From IMG/VR virus record IMGVR_UViG_3300027798_000213, positions 1-24,730 of that record: a stretch of 24,730 bases of DNA. The stretch is one strand, 5' to 3'. The stretch is from a virus. Its lineage: Duplodnaviria; Caudoviricetes. The notes under the pieces were generated by a model, which did not search any database, was not told the DNA's origin, and worked only from the letters and a program-made list of their open reading frames with translations. Below, piece by piece: positions 24,227 to 24,730 of this stretch; positions within the stretch are counted from its first letter, which is position 1; each line of letters starts with the position of its first letter. A program made the position numbers and the translations under genes.

Positions 24227-24471
24227 TTCTTGGCAGTCTTAGCAGAGTTAATGAAAGCTTGAGCTGTAGGTGCACCCTTAGAACCTGGCTTACGCATCTT
24301 CTCTTTAGAGCCAGCGGCTATACGTTTCCTCTTGGCGTTAATGTTGGCATACAAGCCAACAGGCCCACCATCAGCGTACTCGGTAAAGTCGGTGTCATCC
24401 CTACGCTCTTTGCGTACACCTTTGGGCATTTTTGAGGCGCGCATAGCACCCATTCCACGGCTTGCCATCAT
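24223..24471 (-). CDS. Small basic protein, 82 aa
   Basis: MMASRGMGA, internal YADGG, then GLYANINAKRKRI..KMRKPGSKGAPT. Confidence 0.75.
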   Translation of the reverse strand: MMASRGMGAMRASKMPKGVRKERRDDTDFTEYADGGPVGLYANINAKRKRIAAGSKEKMRKPGSKGAPTAQAFINSAKTAKK

Positions 24472-24644
24472 TTAGGATTACCTTTAGCTTTCTTGGCTAG
24501 AAACAATTTATCAACCATTTCTATCCGCTGGGGTTTAGTCGTAACTTTATTAATAATACCCAACCGCTTGGGCTTGCTGGCGCCGTAAAACCCAGCCTTC
24601 TTTAAAGACTTAACTACTTTAGCAGCTGGTTTTACGGTTGCCAT
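24468..24644 (-). CDS. Small very basic protein, 58 aa (absent from the ORF track)
   Basis: MATVKPAAKVVKSLKKAGFYGASKPKRLGIINKVTTKPQRIEMVDKLFLAKKAKGNPK*. ATGA overlap with the next gene. Confidence 0.7.
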   Translation of the reverse strand: MATVKPAAKVVKSLKKAGFYGASKPKRLGIINKVTTKPQRIEMVDKLFLAKKAKGNPK

Positions 24645-24645
24645 A

Positions 24646-24730
24646 TCAGCACATCCCGCCGTTACGCATGGAAACTATCGTACCTTTGGTTTTGCCTTTA
24701 ACAGCACAACCATCAGCGCGCTTAGATGCT
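24646..24730 (-). CDS. 3' end of a small basic protein (5'-partial)
   Basis: ...ASKRADGCAVKGKTKGTIVSMRNGGMC*. Shares the ADGxAxKGKT motif with 22716..22904. Confidence 0.65.
   Translation of the reverse strand, partial: ASKRADGCAVKGKTKGTIVSMRNGGMC

Larger units (their letters stand above)
1..24730 (-). mobile_element. Tailed phage (Caudoviricetes) genome segment, late/structural and lysis genes, podovirus-like layout
   Basis: Single-strand dense operon with endolysin, holin, fibre-like and Gly-rich proteins and ejection-type proteins. No host housekeeping genes, and no tape measure, sheath or integrase seen in the window. Confidence 0.93.

Overview
The whole window is the late (virion morphogenesis) region of a tailed dsDNA phage with podovirus-like organisation. 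All credible genes are on the minus strand and tightly packed, many with ATGA/TAATG overlaps. In transcription order (right to left) it contains: small basic proteins; two head-tail adaptor-like proteins and a CxxC..CxxC protein; a duplicated pair of tail structural proteins; a repeat protein; a ~8.4 kb fibre/adhesin block (two scaffold-like fibres, six glycine-rich paralogs of two classes, two chaperone-like paralogs); a lysis cassette (GH108 endolysin, 3TM-type holin, four small accessory genes); a tail nozzle/stabilisation-like protein; and four low-complexity internal/ejection-type proteins, one with an intact SGNH hydrolase. The ORF track missed four genes: 1..1447 (partial), 11269..11361, 24468..24644 and 24646..24730 (partial). 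The best candidates for an undescribed system are (i) a shared [MYKA]-x-x-G-G-type motif in five unrelated virion proteins, next to a GPGDG-SDSIPA..GEFV domain, suggesting a di-glycine processing or sorting system, and (ii) a two-class plug-and-socket array of polyglycine adhesin heads. Family assignments are from motif recall; no database search was run.
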